A stretch of DNA of 62,412 nucleotides, counting the filler, from Collodictyon triciliatum (lineage: Eukaryota): the NCBI GenBank assembly GCA_043381765.1. It is 24 parts of 24 records of this genome, joined end to end, with 100 filler letters (N's around TTAATTAATTAA, not from the genome) between each part and the next. Parts side by side here need not be neighbours in the genome. Positions count along the whole stretch, not along the records: positions 59,890 to 62,412 come from JBHJMP010008724.1; 23 more parts are not named here. The stretch is one strand, 5' to 3'. Each line of letters begins with the position of its first letter. Within the stretch, counting starts at the first letter, position 1. Under the pieces are notes generated by a model. The model saw only the letters and a program-made list of their open reading frames with translations, did no database searches and was not told where the DNA came from. Position numbers and translations under genes: made by a program. Below are positions 59,892-62,412 of this stretch, one piece after another.

Positions 59892-62411
59892 TCTCAGTCT
59901 CAGTCTCAGTCTCAGTCTCAGTCTCAGTCTCAGTCTCGGTCTCAATCCCCATATCAATCCCCATATCAATCCCCATATCAATCCCCATATCAATCCCCAT
60001 ATCAATCCCCATATCAATCCCAATATCAATCCCAATATCAATCCCAATATCAATCCCAATATCAATCCCAATATCAATCCCAATCTCAATTCCAATATCA
60101 ATCGCAATCGCAATCTCAATCTCAGTCTCAGTCTCAGTCTCAGTCTCAGTCTCAGTCTCAGTCTCAGTCTCAGTCTCAGTCCCAATCTCATTCTCAATCC
60201 CAGTCTCAATCCCAGTCTCAATCCCAATCTCACTCAATGTCTTCATCTTTTACCCAGGGAAAATCTCCATCCTTTTCAGATCATATGTCTCCTAGTTACT
60301 CGATTAATAAGACGCCTTTGGTTCTGGATATATTTCCATCTTATATCGGTGTTGGAGGCGGATATAATATTATGCTAAATATATCAAATGTAGACACTCC
60401 GTCTGATGTGAGAATTTTTTATGGCCCGTATTCTTGTCTATCAGATTCAATTTCCTCCGATTTGTCATATTCGTGTATTTCGAGCGAGTGTTCGCCTGGT
60501 CAATATCCTGTTATAGTTTCTTTGAATGGTAATTTTTTTGAGCAAATGCTTCATATTACTTGTGTTGCACCTGTCATAACATCAATATCTCCGTCACTTT
60601 TTCCTGTTGCATCGCCAATTAAAAATGACATGCTGCTTTTTATTAACGGAAAATATTTGTATGCTCGAAACCCAAGTTTTGTTCTGATATTTATCGGCCA
60701 GCAGATATGTTCTAATGTGACGATTGTTTCAAGTTATTCTGTCATTTGTGAGGTCGGGTTTGGAGTTGGTTCGAATTATCCTTTGAAAGTAATTATTCGT
60801 GACATTGAATCCGCTTATGAAGAGGGAAAACTATATTTGAGTAGATTCAAACCGTCAGTAGCAAATATTTTTCCTGACGTTGGTGGATATCAAGGAGGCT
60901 ACAATGTTTCCGTTTTTGGCCATTCTTTTGGAACATACGAAATGGGTGGCGATTTTTCTATCTATTTGGCTGGGAATTACATTTCAAGACAAAATGTTCT
61001 GCATCGTTCAAATGGTTTGATAATATTTCTTGTTCCTGAAATTATAGCAACTCTCGATAAATCCATTTTAATCAATGTCTCTGGACAAGTAGTAGAGTTG
61101 AAAGATGTATGGACATTTACTCCTGAGTTACACCGCATTTCACCCCTTTCTGGTTCATATGGCGGCGGTAGTGTTGTCTCTTTATTTGGCTCCGGGTTCA
61201 CAAACACCACCACGGCCTTCATAAACAATGAGGCTTGTCTGATGACAATATTCATGAACTCAAATAATCTTAAGTGCCTATCTCCACCGGGTCGAGGAGA
61301 GTTCCTCAGTGTTTACGTGATTACAGATGGCGTGCAATCGACCGAAAAGTTCATTTGGAAGTATGATGAGCCATCTATCACTGACGTTTTCCCGAAATCT
61401 GGACCAACGAAAGGAGGAACACTTTTGACAATAACTGGTACAAATCTGAGCTCATCTCGCAACGATCTTTCTTCTGTTAATCTCGGTAATGCAGGCTGCC
61501 AAATTGTATTCCAGAACGAAAGTATGATAATCGCACGCTCTCCTGCAGGTGTTGGAGATGGACATTATCTTAATGTTAAAATCAACGAAATGAGCTCCAA
61601 CAGCCTAATATGGTCTTATAACCGCCCAGAAATCACAGCCGAAGCAAATCCGTCTGCATCAGTACTCACAGGCATGGAAGTTATCACCATTACCGGCAAA
61701 AATTTTGCACCTTACCAATTTGACCAATCTGTCAGTATTGGGGGACTTGATTGCACTCCAACAGTGTGGATCAGTGATGAAATCATCTTGTGCTATTCCC
61801 CTCCAAGACCCAATGCCGATAAAGAGCTATCAGTTGTGGTGACAGTTGGTGGTCAGAGAAGTAATGACAATGCCTATTCAAGATTTGAATACTATTCTCT
61901 TGGAGTAACTGATATCACGCCAATTAGTGGCAGTAATTTTGGAGGCTTCAATGTTTCAATAACTACGCAACATCACTTTGGTACTTCCCTAGATGTGATA
62001 CTTTCCGATATCAGCAACCAAAAAGTTTTTCTGAAAGGAGAAAACGTTCATCCATCTGAGAACGTATATATCGTAACTGTCCCAAATTTGAATGGATTTG
62101 AAGTTGGAGAAGGGAGAATGGAAATATATTTGAGTGGAATAGATACTATATCGATTCCATTTTACTTTTTTGAATCTATCACACTCGAATCTATCAGTCC
62201 AATTAGAGGTCATCACAAGAATCAACAATCTGTTACTATCGTTGGAAGAGGATTCTCACCATTGCTAGCACTAGATATGCGATTGTTTTATGCTCCAAGC
62301 AAAGAACCATCCTGGTTTACAATGGTCAATTCTACACACTTGTTCAGCGTCACGCCTGCAAGTCACGTCCCCGGAAATTACGAGATTAAACTCGAGTTGA
62401 AAGGGTTCGGT
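59892..62411 (+). CDS. IPT/TIG-repeat cell-surface protein (about 8 domains) with an N-proximal Ser/Gln repeat tract; open at both ends
   Basis: Manual translation found no stop across the contig. Repeats include [34 protein letters not shown] and [26 protein letters not shown]. It is absent from the ORF track, presumably because it has no stop. Confidence 0.9.
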
Positions 62412-62412
62412 T

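Noticed and set aside
59838-60246. Minus-strand RL/ET repeat ORFs and other poly-F, poly-I or poly-N ORFs in the track
   Set aside because: Translations of simple repeats running into N-linkers; at 59.9 kb the plus frame is the one continuous with real domains.

Overview
This is not a contiguous locus. It is a concatenation of 24 short eukaryotic contigs, mostly about 2.52-2.54 kb and roughly in decreasing size (one is about 1.9 kb), joined by artificial 100-nt linkers (N44-TTAATTAATTAA-N44). Adjacency across linkers has no biological meaning. The DNA comes from an intron-rich, microsatellite-rich, mostly AT-rich protist-like genome. Conserved genes read in the standard code with mainly GT-AG introns. 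Recognisable gene fragments: soluble adenylyl cyclase-like, TMEM135, BRCA2 DNA-binding region, TSET subunit TSAUCER-like, FANCJ/RTEL1 helicase, pentapeptide-WD40-Sel1 (NWD/NLR-like), GAF-GAF-PAS protein, mRNA guanylyltransferase, RNB exoribonuclease-like, NDR kinase, EED/ESC, an IPT/TIG-repeat surface protein missed by the ORF track, and a probably myristoylated LRAT/PPPDE-like papain-fold protein. Mobile DNA includes several L1/Tx1-like LINE families, a decayed Helitron PIF1 helicase and a frameshifted Fanzor/TnpB C-terminal remnant with a candidate omega-RNA. The best leads are the Fanzor remnant (49.8-50.1 kb), the HET-E-like hypervariable WD40 array fused to Sel1 repeats (34.4-36.8 kb), and a 42-bp array that reads as a coiled-coil with TGA where Arg is expected, directly upstream of the LRAT-like gene (0.95-2.05 kb). 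No rRNA, tRNA or CRISPR array is supported. All family calls are by eye from motif recall; no searches were run, and spliced-gene coordinates are approximate.
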